The position numbers and the translations under genes are program-made. 64,000 nt of DNA from Octopus sinensis (lineage: Eukaryota): positions 105,214,001 to 105,278,000 of the forward strand of contig NC_043006.1 of assembly GCF_006345805.1 (NCBI RefSeq), in the 5' to 3' direction. The notes below the pieces were generated by a model. It did no database searches and was not told where the DNA came from. It was given only the letters and a program-made list of their open reading frames with translations. This document shows positions 1 to 13,033 of this stretch, piece by piece (positions within the stretch are counted from its first letter, which is position 1; each line of letters begins with the position of its first letter).

Positions 1-49
1 ACATGAATAGACGCAGTCATTCTACGCATGCAAACGCGCATAGATACAA

Positions 50-82
<33 letters not shown>

Positions 83-963
83 TACACACACACACACCAC
101 ACAAACACACACACACAGGATTCACGAATATACTTGATTAGGCGCCGACAAACTCCCACAAAAGTCCCACACACATATATTCAGGCGTGTCACACAAATA
201 TATGCTCTGACGTCAGCGCACTCAAGGACACTATGACTAAGATTCACATTTGCCCACAGAGGCATACAATTACACACAGAAATGATATACACACATCCTT
301 ACACACTCAGATATGTACATATACATACACACACACAAAGCTTGCAACATATACATAACCACATATACACACACACGCACACACATACTGAATAGTTTTA
401 TTTAGTTAAAAGTGAGAGAAGATATGTCAGGCTATCCCAGACAGACGAGATTAATGGGGCTACTGTTATGCTTGCAACTCCCTCAAGCCACAGGAAAGTA
501 GAGCGAGGAGAGGAAGCTATGATGCCGATTGCTAAAAATGGTAGCCAAATATTCCTCTACTCATAACTTACGGTCCTTGAAAAGAAATGCGTCGTTGTAT
601 AATGTAATCTCCCCAAAGCACTTGATGCTTTAACGCACGCTGGCATACACATGCGCACTCACGCACACACACGTATTTAGTCGGGTATATGAATATAATT
701 GTGTGCGTTTGGGTATACATAAATGTGTGTGTGTGTGTGCGTGTGTGCGGATAAAAATATGTGTACATATGTATGATTGCATATTTATAACGTCCCCTGT
801 AACTTAGCGGTTCGGGGAAAGAGACCGATAGAATAAGTACTAGGCTTACAAAGAATAAGTCCTGGAATCGATTTTCTCGACTAAAGGCGATGCTCCAGCA
901 TGGCCGCAGTCAGATGACTGAAACAAGTAAAAGAGTAAAAGAGTATATATATGCCCATATGTA

Positions 964-1000
<37 letters not shown>

Positions 1001-2284
1001 GTTGTGTGGAAAAGGAAAAGTGGGAGAATGTAAAGGTGCGTAATGCAATATCACAATAACCCAATAATCCGTCATAGCGAAACTCATTTACAGGTGAGTG
1101 AACTGGAGCAACGTTGAATGATATGTTTTTTTGAAGAACACAACACAGCGTCCGGTCCGGGAATCGAAACTGCGGTTTTGCGATCGTGAGTGCAATCCCT
1201 AACCACCTGGCCTCACACTTCCACCTATCCAGGTAGACAGAAGATCGATAATTACTAATTAAATAAATCTCTGTGTGTGATGGTGCAAACGATGTTGATA
1301 GCGGCGGTGGTGGATGAGGACGTGAATGATAATGATGGCGGTAGGGTAATTTGATGTGGACATGTGACAGGTGCTGGGTAGCGCGTCAGAGCTGAGGGAG
1401 CGGTTGATGGCTGACATCTGACAAGTCATAGGTCACGGTTCACGGAGATGGAGTCAGGTGATGATAGGGGTGGATGCTTTTTTACTCTATTTTCTAAATA
1501 ATACAGCTTCTGTACTTCGTCTCGTTGTTTGTCTGTTTGTCCATCAGTGTTTAAGCTGCACCCGCTCAGGGTACCGTGTGAACATTGGAGACTGGCTAAT
1601 ATTGATCGTCATAAAAGCAACAACAAAACAAAAATGAAACAAGATCATTAATGCTTTATAAACCCTAGTTTTACACAAGTGTGACGCAGCCACTTTTCAA
1701 TGCTTTGTCCTTTCAGCAACGAACAATGGGCCGAGAGATGCCTTTGTTTTGATATTTTTTCTCTTCGTTTTTGGTTGTTTTTTTTCTTTCTGTTTCATGA
1801 AGGGAGAGAAAGAGATAAAAGTGGGGACGGCTGAGAAGAAAGGTGAATGAGCGGAAGGAGGAAGAGAAAGTGATAGGGAGCAGAAAAACGGAAAGTGGCG
1901 AGTCATGAAAGATAACATGCGTGTCTGAGTATTGGCGTATGCGTAGGGTTGTATAAGCGTGCGCGTGTGTGCGTGTGTGTAAATATGTGTTTCTACGTCA
2001 AAGTGTAGTCATCTTTATATTTATTAGATACAGGTGTGGCTGTGCGGTTAGAAATTTGCTTCCCATCCCTGTGGTTCCGAGTTCAGTCTCACTGGGTGGC
2101 ACTTTGCGCAAGTGTCTTTTACTATAGCCTTGGGCTAACCAAAACCTGGTGAGTGGATCTGCTAGACAGAAATTTGAAGAAGTGTGTCGTATGTATGTAT
2201 GTATGTATGTATGTATGTATGTATGTATGTATGTATGTATGTATGTATGTATGCATGTATGTATATTATATATATATTATATAT

Positions 2285-2317
<33 letters not shown>

Positions 2318-2344
2318 CTATAATATATACATATATTATATGTA

Positions 2345-2610
2345 GAAAAATACAAACTGGGACAAGAACGTAAAACATTTAGAAGTCGATACAAAAAACA
2401 CGGACGGGACATTCGAAGCCTTCAGTCTTCAGTCAAGAACCGGTTAATCCTAGCAATTTCGGCTGATTAATCTTGAGATCGCTCTGATCCGGCCAGCCCC
2501 AAGGAAAACTAAGCTACGAGCATTAGATTTCTTTGAAGAATGATCGAATGAATACGAAACAGGGACAGAAAAACGGACGATGACACACGAATATAAAATA
2601 CAAAAAACAA

Positions 2611-2620
<10 letters not shown>
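2345..2620 (-). repeat. PLE-tail-like repeat family A (second copy 6272-6410 on +)
   Basis: Two diverged copies in opposite orientation, both embedded in (TA)n. Confidence 0.6.
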
Positions 2621-2650
<30 letters not shown>

Positions 2651-3016
2651 ACAAATTAATAAATAAAACATATGCATATATACATACATATATATGTACG
2701 TTCCTACATCAACATGTATATATACAAGCATATATGGGTACAGGACACCAAAAAAAACGTCGAACACAATGAGAAACGAAAACATAAACACAAAACCAAG
2801 GAAATGGACAATATATATATATAGGGAAAGTTTACGAAAAAAAAACAAACGACGAAGACAGGCGGTGTACAAAACAAACAGATGTATTAGTATAACGCTC
2901 AGGAATAGAAAAAGTCTTTTACGTTTCGAGCCTACGCTCTTCTGCAGAAAGGGACACAGAAAACAAGGAGAGAAAAAATTTTGCGTAGTGGCTAACGATC
3001 TATCATATATATATAT

Positions 3017-3047
<31 letters not shown>

Positions 3048-3352
3048 TAATGTTAATTTTGGTCAAGCTATCGTATCTCCAGCTGCTTCAGATGCCAAGA
3101 TATGAAAATTGGCAAAGTGTAGTACACCGGTTTAGTATTTTTCAAAAGTGTAGTACAATATTTCCGATTGAAAATATCATGCGTACATGGAGTTAGAATT
3201 TTATGCACCCAACGAAGTATTATTGCTAAGACGAAACTTGCTAATGTAAAAAGAAATGGAATGGTGAAACTGTGTTTTCGTTTTCTGAAAAAGCAACGTT
3301 TGGTATTTACGATACTTTTGTATAATACCAACGATATATGTGTGTGTATGTA

Positions 3353-3385
<33 letters not shown>

Positions 3386-3944
3386 TGTGTGTGTCTTTGT
3401 GCCTGTGTTTGCTCCCGTAACTTAGCGGTTCTGCAAAAAACCCCTGCAAGGTGGTGTTCCATGGCCGCAGTGAAATAACCGAAACAAGTAAAAGAAAAAG
3501 AAGGAAACGAAATATGGATGCATGTGTGAATATATATGGGTGTATGTATGAATGCGGCTTCATATGTTTATGTACATGAGTATGACTGTTTATTAGTGAC
3601 CACTCTTATTATAGCTATTGTTTCTATAACCACAAATCAATGTTTTAATTCAATAGGTCTATAATCAAAGGTGTTCCAGAAATGCCCATCACATCGCTAA
3701 ACTGAGATGATATGGTAGGATCTCAGGGAATATATTGTTAATATACATTTAAATACTGCCTAAGTTACAATAGTTGTTTAGCTCCAGGTCAGACCTAATT
3801 GAGGAGGCTTATGATCAACTGCCTGAACATTTAAGAAGTTTGCTTCCTCAGCACGTGGTTTCGGTTTCGGTTTCGATCCTACTAAGAAAACTGTCTAGGC
3901 CAGTGTCCCCGGATTGACGAATGCCTTATTACATTCTAGACTCA

Positions 3945-4063
<119 letters not shown>

Positions 4064-4132
4064 GATATAGTCAGTGGATTATATATCCGGAAAAGAAGCA
4101 TACTCTAAAGGTTAGAGCAGTAATGTATTCAC

Positions 4133-4310
4133 ATGAAGTTAAATATATGTCCGGTCATGGAATGACCAATGGTTTCGCATCCATAGAGCGCTTAGCTTTA
4201 AAGATGACTCGTCAGCCTTTGCGGTCTGGACAGGCGTGTCTATAAAGTTAAGCTCTTTATGGATGCGAAACCATTGGTCACTCAATAACCAGGAATATAT
4301 TTAACTTCAT
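4133..4310. repeat. Fold-back mini-element with a degenerate HHR core on minus
   Basis: ~70-bp imperfect inverted arms; CTGACGA..GATGC GAAA CCATTGG TC on minus. Confidence 0.65.
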
Positions 4311-4650
4311 ATATATATAACGGTCTTTTACATACCGAATCACTACTTGGTGGAATTATTAATTAATTAATTAATTTTACCCCTATTATATATATATATT
4401 TCTTTACTACCCACAAGGGGCTAAACATAGAGGGGACAAACAAGGACAGACAAAGGGATTAAGTCGATTACATCGACCCCTGTGCGAAAGTGGTACTTTA
4501 TTTATCGACCCCGAAAGGATGAAAGGCAAAGTCGACCTTGGCGGAATTTGAACTCAGAACGTAACGACAGAGGAAATACCGCTAAGCATTTCGCCCTGCG
4601 CGCTAACGTTTCTGCCAGGGCGCCGCCTTTTATGTATATATTATACATAC

Positions 4651-4706
<56 letters not shown>

Positions 4707-4862
4707 CTCTCCTTGTTTTTTTCTGTGTCCATTTCTGTAGAAGAGCGTAGGCTCGAAACGTGAAAGACTTTTTCTATTCCTGAGCGTTATACTCATACAT
4801 CTGTTTGTTTTGTACGCCACCTGTCTTCGTCTTTCGTTTTTTCGTAAACTCTCCTATTATAC

Positions 4863-4961
<99 letters not shown>

Positions 4962-5071
4962 TATAATATACATTAGTCCCCCAGTATTTGCGAATAGTGA
5001 AAAACCACGAATATTGGACGTGGTCCATAAAAATGCAAATTAATGTCGAGATATGACGCTAAATATTATAA

Positions 5072-5077
<6 letters not shown>

Positions 5078-5103
<26 letters not shown>

Positions 5104-5740
5104 ATTCTTTTATTGGTCTTAAGGGCTCACATAAAATTACATTAAAAGACAAACAACAACATAAAAGACAAAAAGAGGACGATACAATGGGTTTTCCACG
5201 TATAAACAACAATTAAGATTACACAATTTAAAACTCCCTATAGGGGAGGCGCTTTAAGGACCTCGTGGAAAACCCCACAAAAGCTACGGGTCCCTGAAAA
5301 ACAGGACAAGAGCCCTTCTTTTGTTTACAGGTGCACGCTCAGAATTGGTCGTTTCACACTGGCCATTCTTCCAACATTCACCCACCTTTCAGCAAATTTG
5401 CTATAAGGCAACACTTCCTCTACACCCTCAACTTCCTTTTCAAGTGAAACTCGAAAAAGTTGATGGGGGCTGGGCCAAATAGGAAAGTGTCTGTCTTTAG
5501 CCCTTTCAAATGGGTCTATCATACTACCTCGTTCGCTAGAGCCATTAGACAAACAAAAGTTGCTTGCCCCTCCCGGCCAAAAGAGGGTGGCAGGGTAAAA
5601 CTCACAATGGATTCAGCTGATAGCCGGATCCGTGCCACACGCGACAGCAGGTGTTCGACATAAACCCACAGGTCAGCAATACTCGGGTACTGGACCAGAG
5701 CATGCAGAACGGTTTCATCGCTCTGGGTGCACCTCGCGTA
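5078..5740 (-). mobile_element. L1/Tx1-clade LINE 3' fragment
   Basis: Translation ..CTQSDETVLHALVQ(Y)P..LW.. (degenerate Zn knuckle), FHLKRKLRV; ends in a (TTA)n tail. Confidence 0.75.
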
Positions 5741-5743
5741 GGC

Positions 5744-6248
5744 CCGGAAGTGAACACTATTAAATTAACATCTAATATAGGTATTAAAGGTATTTTTTAA
5801 TATGCTGGCCATTGATAGAATTTTTTTCGAAAAATTCTATCCTATATTAGATGTTAATTTAATAGTGTTCACTTCCGGACTCTCTCACTTTACGAGAGTT
5901 TTTCGGTTCGAATCGTACGTGTCTCGAGGTGTGCTAGAGAATTTCTATTTTGGATATATTTGAGGTACTTAATTGTGCTAGTGGCTTAGTGCTCGCTTCT
6001 TCCATGGGTATGAGTAAGTATTTCACTTATTTCTTTACCGCATTTATCACTGATGAAGAGAAGGTTCTTATGAACTAACTCTGAAATTGGGTCCGATATG
6101 TTAATAACGGAATTTTTTAGAAATTTCTGTCGGCTTTCTTTGAAATACGTGCTTGTAGTGATATATTACATGGTTATTGATGTAGTGTCCATTTTCGGCA
6201 TATTTTGGCATTAGAATTTTTTTTCTTTTGCCCTTAAATATAAATTGT
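5744..6248 (+). mobile_element. PLE-type tail with 5' fold-back and an HHR at ~6043-6105
   Basis: 38-bp inverted arms 5744-5781 / 5841-5878; TTATCA CTGATGA AGAG..CTCT GAAA TTGG-GT-CCGA TA TGTTAA; ends in (TA)n. Confidence 0.7.
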
Positions 6249-6417
6249 ATATATATATATATATATATATATCAAGATTAATCAGCCGAAATTGCGAAGA
6301 TGATCCGGTTCTTGACTGATGACTGAGAGCTTCGAAAGTCCCGTCCGTGTTTTTTGTGTCGTCTTCTAAATGTTTCACTTCTTGTCCCAGTTTGTGTATT
6401 TTTTACTTTTAATATAT

Positions 6418-6462
<45 letters not shown>

Positions 6463-6506
6463 GCACACAACACACACACACATATATATATTATTATATA
6501 TATATA

Positions 6507-8960
6507 GCAATTAAGGACAACTACTTAATAAGGAAAACTTAACAAGAAATTGTCAGGTAGATAGCGTAAAAACCTCATAAGAGAAAAAATTCGAAAATAA
6601 TTATTTCTTATTGAACATATTAATTTATATATAGAGGCATTATACATATATGCCAGGAGGCATTCTACATACACGCCATACGCTAAGAGGGACAATCAGT
6701 CATTTCTACCAAAAATATTACTAATCCCACCGAATGCAATTTTTCAAAGAAAGACATTTAAAAATATATAGACCTGTATCACAGTGATTTCATACTTACG
6801 TAATCATCAGCAGGCCTGAATATACTATAAATAAACAACGACCCTGCTTCGCTTAAGCCGATCAGCTAACTGATCAACATCAACGAAGCACATGGGTGGG
6901 TTTATATACTATATATCCGGATGAATGGCAAACTTTTACGAATTGCATTTCGGGAGAGGAAAAGTTTTTTCGGAATAAAAATTTAGCAATTAAGGACAAC
7001 TACTTAATAAGGAAAACTTAACAAGAAATTGTCAGGTAGATAGCGTAAAAACCTCATAAGAGAAAAAATTTCGAAAATAATTATTTCTTATTGAACATAT
7101 TAATTTATATATAGAGGGCATTATACATATATGCCAGGAGGCATTCTACATACACGCCATACGCTAAGAGGGACAATCAGTCATTTCTACCAAAAATATT
7201 ACTAATCTCACCGAATGCAATTTTTCAAAGAAAGACATTTAAAAATATATAGACCTGTATCACAGTGATTTCATACTTACGTAATCATCAGCAGGCCTGA
7301 ATAACTATAAATAACAACAATTATTTATAGTATATTCAGGCCTGCTGATGATTACGTAAGTATGAAATCACTGTGATACAGGTCTATATATTTTAAATGT
7401 CTTTCTTTGAAAAATTGCATTCGGTGGGATTAGTAATATTTTTGGTAGAAATGACTGATTGTCCTCTTAGCGTATGGCGTGTATGTAGAATGCCTCCTGG
7501 CATATATGTTAATGCCCCTCTATATATAAATTAATATGTTCAATAAGAAATAATTATTTTCGAAATTTTTTCTCTTATGAGGTTTTTACGCTATCTACCT
7601 GACATTTCTTGTTAAGTTTCCCTTATTAAGTAGTTGTCCTTAATTGCTAAATTTTTATTCCGAAAAAACTTTTCCTCTCCCGAAATGCAATTCGTAAAAG
7701 TTTGCCATTCTCCGGATATAGTATATATAAACCCACCATGTGCTTCGTTGATGTTGATCAGTTAGCTGATCGGCTTAAGCGAAGCAGGGTCGTTGTTTAT
7801 TTAAAGTATATTCAGGCCTGCTGATGATTACGTAAGTATGAAATCACTGTGATACAGGTCTATATATTTTTAAATGTCTCTTTGAAAAATTGCATTCGGT
7901 GGGATTAGTAATATTTTTGGTAGAAATGACTGATTGTCCCTCTTAGCGTATGGCGTGTATGTAGAATGCCTCCTGGCATATATGTATAATGCCCTCTATA
8001 TATAAATTAATATGTTCAATAAGAAATAATTATTTTCGAAATTTTTTCTCTTATGAGGTTTTTACGCTATCTACCTGACAATTTCTTGTTAAGTTTTCCT
8101 TATTAAGTAGTTGTCCTTAATTGCTAAATTTTTATTCCGAAAAAACTTTTCCTCTCCCGAAATGCAATTCGTAAAAGTTTGCCATTCATCCGGATATAGT
8201 ATATATAAACCCCACCATGTGCTTCGTTGATGTTGATCAGTTAGCTGATCGGCTTAAGCGAAGCAGGGTCGTTGTTTATTTAAAGTATATTCAGGCCTGC
8301 TGATGATTACGTAAGTATGAAATCACTGTGATACAGGTCTATATATTTTTAAATGTCTTTCTTTGAAAAATTGCATTCGGTGGGATTAGTATATTTTTTG
8401 GTAGAAATGACTGATTGTCCCTCTTAGCGTATGGCGTGTATGTAGAATGCCTCCTGGCATATATGTATAATGCCCTCTATATATAAATTAATATGTTCAA
8501 TAAGAAATAATTATTTTCGAAATTTTTTCTCTTATGAGGTTTTTACGCTATCTACCTGACAATTTCTTGTTAAGTTTTCCTTATTAAGTAGTTGTCCTTA
8601 ATTGCTAAATTTTTATTCCGAAAAAACTTTTCCTCTCCCGAAATGCAATTCGTAAAAGTTTGCCATTCATCCGGATATAGTATATATAAACCCACCCATG
8701 TGCTTCGTTGATGTTGATCAGTTAGCTGATCGGCTTAAGCGAAGCAGGGTCGTTGTTTTTATAGTATATTCAGGCCTGCTGATGATTACGTAAGTATGAA
8801 ATCACTGTGATACAGGTCTATATATTTTTAAATGTCTTTCTTTGAAAAATTGCATTCGGTGGGATTAGTAATATTTTTGGTAGGAAATGACTGATTGTCC
8901 TCTTAGCGTATGGCGTGTATGTAGAATGCCTCTGGCATATATGTATAATGCCCTCTATAT

Positions 8961-8967
<7 letters not shown>
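6507..8967. mobile_element. ORF-less tandem array of a ~479-bp hammerhead-containing unit (retrozyme-like / PLE pLTR array) with a central inversion
   Basis: About 1.7 units on the minus strand (6507-7314), a 6-nt spacer CAACAA, then about 3.4 units on plus (7321-8967). HHR core spacings are 481, 476, 479 and 479 bp. Flanked by (TA)n; no ORF of 60 aa or more. Confidence 0.9.
7339..7384 (+). ncRNA. Type I hammerhead ribozyme (array copy; identical copies at 7815-7860, 8294-8339, 8773-8818 on + and 6771-6816, 7252-7297 on -)
   Basis: GGCCTG CTGATGA TTAC-GTAA-GTAT GAAA TCAC-T-GTGA TA CAGGTC: full core, 6-bp stem I, AUA cleavage triplet; T.T mismatch at the base of stem II. Confidence 0.85.
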
Positions 8968-8994
<27 letters not shown>

Positions 8995-9316
8995 CTTTCA
9001 CTACAATGAGAGGTTGGTGTTGTTGAGAGACAAATACAGCGATAGAGGGAGAGAGAGTGTTTGTGTGAAATATAGATAGATGTCGCTATACTAATTAGCA
9101 AGCTTTGACTGAAAGCAGGAATAAAAGGTACCATGAGTGAATATATATGTTCTTAGCTCCAAAACAGCCCTGGAACATCTCGCATATTGAGATCGAAGAA
9201 TGATAAACTAATTGCAGCGTCAGACAAAATTTATGCAGCATTTATTTCAACGCTTTACCTTCTGAGATCAGAACCTACTGGGATCCTTTCGGGATAGATA
9301 AAACAAAGTACAACTC

Positions 9317-9982
9317 GGAGCTTTTCTTTTTGAACGGCAGTTTTCAACACAATTTCTAGTTAACTAAACACTTTTAAACTTCGTATCCTGGTAGAATGTG
9401 TCAAAATAAAACATTTTTTTCTCTTAGTTTTCTTGGGAAAATTGTAATTTGTTTAATGTAGTTTAATTTTTCGAATTTTTACCAATCAATGGCCTCTATT
9501 GAGCTAAAATCATTTGCTGCGTCTAAAACTGAGACAACATCCAGTCACTAACCCTAACCCCAACCCTCACCCTCACCCTAACCCTAACCCTAAATTTTAG
9601 CCTTTCTTTTTTTGTTCCTAATTGTTAAATTAATTTAATTGTTACGCGTGTCTAAAATTATTCGTTTTGTTTTTGTTCTGAGTTTTTGCTTTCGTTTTAG
9701 CCTTTCGTTTTTTTTTCTTAATTGTTAAATTAATTTAAGGATAACAATTAAGAAAAAAAAACGAAAGGCTAAAACGAAAGCAATGGAAAATAATTTTAAT
9801 TTTAATTGATTGGTTAAAATTCGAAAAATTAAACTACATTAAACTTACAAATTACAATTTTCTCAAGAAAGCCAAAAGAAAAAAATGTTTTATTTTGACA
9901 CATTCTACCAGGATACGAAGTTTAAAAGTATTTAGTTAACTAGAAATTGTGTTGAAAACTGCCGTTCAAAAGGAAAAGATCC
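9317..9982. mobile_element. MITE with long (~170-bp) TIRs, internal (TAACCC)n and 8-bp TSD TACAACTC (Merlin-like)
   Basis: TSD 9309-9316 = 9983-9990; GG..CC termini; telomere-like tract 9548-9592. Confidence 0.85.
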
Positions 9983-11669
9983 TACAACTCAAGTACTGGG
10001 ATCTATGTACTCAACTAGTTCCATTCTCTCCTAGACTTCTGGCCATATGACTAAAAGGGAAATCATTATATTTAGTTATCGAATATTTAGGACCACATAA
10101 TGTCCTTCTTTTCTAAAGAAAGTTGGAGTGATTTGAGAGAGAATTGGCTACTATTTCTAGCAGGTCGAAATAACACGCAGAGGCGTTATCTTTGTCCCTG
10201 ACTGTGTTAATGAATTTTATAGATGTACGAATACTTTTTATTCACTCAGGCTTTTGTGTATGTATATGCGTTTATCCACGTGAATCTAGTTCTGCGTGAA
10301 TGTATGTGAATATGTGTGTATGTGTGTACACGTGTGTATGCATGTCTATCTACGTGTGTGAATGTGTGTGTATACGTGCATGTGTGAGTATGGCGAAGAT
10401 ATTAATTCTTGTTAATATTTTTTTTTAAATCCCTGATTTGATGACAAGAGAAATACTGATCGGGGGGCGTTTTTTTCTTGCTTCGTTTTCTTGTTGTTGT
10501 TGGTGGTGATGGTGGTGGTGGTGGTGGTGATGGTGGTGGTGGTGGTGGTGGTGGTGGTTTTGGCGGCGGTGGCAGCGATAGCGGTGATGGTACTGGTGGC
10601 GGCGGTGGTGGAGCTGCTGTTAATATTGGTACTGTCGGTGCTCGTGCTGGCGATGTGTGTGTGTGTGTTGAAGGGGGTGAAGGTGGAGATTTGGTTAATA
10701 AGGTTAACCAGTGCAGCAGCAGATTGTTGAGTTTAATCTGTGATTAAATTATTCCACCTGTAGATGTCTCTGTCACCACTGACAAGATTGCTGCCTCTTT
10801 CACAACCGTTCGTATCAAGTTTTGTACACCTACACCTGCCGTAATCACCTGCAAGGTGAGACACCGAAAGGGAACCTCACTCTGCTAGAAATACAAGTTA
10901 AATCTTCTTCCAATCACATTGTCACCGACCTGCTGAGAGACACATTGGATTAAGATTGTGTTAGAGTCACTATGCATAAAATCGACGAGGTGGTCACGGC
11001 TGGTTCACTGAGTCAAACAGAATTGTGCGGTTAAGAAAAGTGCTTTCGGTCCCACTGCATCGTAGCTTGGGCAAATAACTTAACGGTTCGAAAAAAGAGA
11101 CTGGTATAATAAATACTAGATTTTGAAAAATATCAACCAGGGTTGAATTGATAAAACCTTCTAGGCGGTGCCCCAGCATTTCGACAATTCAATGACTGAA
11201 AATAAGTATGAAATAGAAGATAAAAGAAGAAGAAAAACAAATGAAAGTTATAGGAGATATTTCACGACAAAGTTTGGTATAAGTTTCTAGTTTGGATTTA
11301 CTTTTAAAATAAAGAAGCCATTAGTTTCGTGGGTGGTTGAAGTATCTTTCAACTACTGGGTTTGATAAAATATACTATCCTTTGCCTTAAAAATTTTATA
11401 CCTATGTTATACACAATTTACAGACCAGGAAATGAAAGAAAGCACTCTAAATATTATTAATGGCTGAATCAGAGAAGAAAAAAATGCAGTACCTATGCCC
11501 CGTTTGCAGAATCCCCGATTTTTGGATAGCAAGGAAGTTATTCTCAGACAGCAGACTTCCTAATAGTCACCCCACACGTCAAAGAAAAAAAACACAGCTA
11601 CCCCTCCAGCGGTCTTCAATAGTTTACGTCTGCTAATTGAAACATGAAATTCATTACAATACATTTCAA

Positions 11670-12760
11670 CAATGCGGAAATTTTATTCATCAAAGCAAGT
11701 ACCATTACAATCAACACATTTTTGGCAACGAGTTACAAGTTTGTTTATTCCGGTGACATAAAAACCTTGCGTTCTGGAGCTGATGAACTCTTTGAACGCA
11801 CTTTCAGCATAGGTTTCATTTTTGGACCCCTTCTCTCGCAGGAAACCATCAGGATGTTTGAAAAATTGGTAGTCGGTAGGAGAAAGATCTAGGAAATAAT
11901 CTGGGTGGGTAAGAACTTCGTAGTCAAGTTCCTTCAACTTCTGGTGCGTCATTAGTGAAAGGTGTGGACGAGCAATGTCACGAAGAATGGTTGGCCTTCT
12001 TCTATTGACCAGTTGAAAACGGAGGAGGAGCATTTTTTCATTCATTTTGGCAATTTCATGGCAATATGTTTCTGCAGAAATGGTTTTCCCGGGTTTTCAG
12101 ATGTTCTAGTCAATGAGTCCAATAGTGCACCACCAAACAGTCACCATAACTTTGTTTTTGAAGAGCTCGGGTTTAGGGAAGGTTTTCAGTGCTTCATTTT
12201 GATCCAGCCACTGCGAAGAAGGTTTTTTTTTTATTGTGCAGAATCTACTTTTCATCGCAAGTTACAATACGATCGATCTAGTTACTCAGAAGAAACGACG
12301 GCCAAATGTCCTTTTTTGCGCATTTTCTGATTTTCATTCAAATCTTGTGGTACCCATTTGTCGAGATATTTTGATTTTCCGATCGCATGCTAATGGTGGC
12401 AGGCAGTTTTCTGGTTAACTTGAAATTCTTTTGCCAGTTCTCGGGTGGCTTTACGTGGATCTTTCTCAATGACGGTCTTTAATTGACCGTCATCGATGAC
12501 AGATGGGCGTCCACTACGCACACGATCTTCAAGGCTCAGATCTCCACTGCAAAATCGCTTAAACCACTTTCGAGTTGACCACTCACTGGTCATTTCTTCA
12601 CCAAACGTTTCCTTGATATCGAGAGCAGTTTCAGCTGCTTTACATCTACTTTTAAAGTTGAAAATTACTCGAATATCTTTCAGATCCATTTCAGATGATT
12701 GTAACAACGGTGAAAAAATATCAATGTTAATTTATATGATGCATTTGGGCAGGTCAATGT
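11670..12760 (-). mobile_element. Decayed mariner transposon (Mos1/SETMAR-like transposase pseudogene)
   Basis: ORF 12390-12707 (KAAETA..WFKRFCSGDLSLED..RSGRP HTH) and ORF 11683-12045 (HPDY..DLSPTDYQFF); a further mariner N-terminal scrap at ~12790-12890. Confidence 0.9.
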
Positions 12761-12983
12761 CTGTTTTATCAAACAATTGCAAAAATACACTTGTGTGCGG
12801 CTCATGCATCCCTCTCCATACACTTTTTGCAATTTTGCCTAGGCCACTTAGCAGGTATCGCCATGAAAACTTTGTCCGTCATGGTTAATGCGACGATCAC
12901 ACGCTACACACGTTCCTTCCAAGCACTGCTAGAACGTTAAAACTTAGTGCGCATGCACAGCAAAGTTCAAAGTCAATCTGTGC

Positions 12984-13033
<50 letters not shown>

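Noticed and set aside
1300-1700. Repeat-free segment with E-box/TGACA-like words, possible enhancer
   Set aside because: Short motifs are expected by chance; needs conservation or chromatin data
6315-6345. CTGATGA..GAAA in repeat family A (and the ~2410-2440 minus copy)
   Set aside because: No convincing stem II, III or I could be drawn, and the other copy has GAAT; not called as an HHR
6507-8967. CRISPR-like or satellite interpretation of the tandem arrays, including the SINE multimers
   Set aside because: No unique spacers, eukaryotic context, and the units contain ribozyme or SINE motifs
9548-9592. (TAACCC)n tracts as relic chromosome ends or fusion sites
   Set aside because: Every tract lies inside a TSD-bounded MITE
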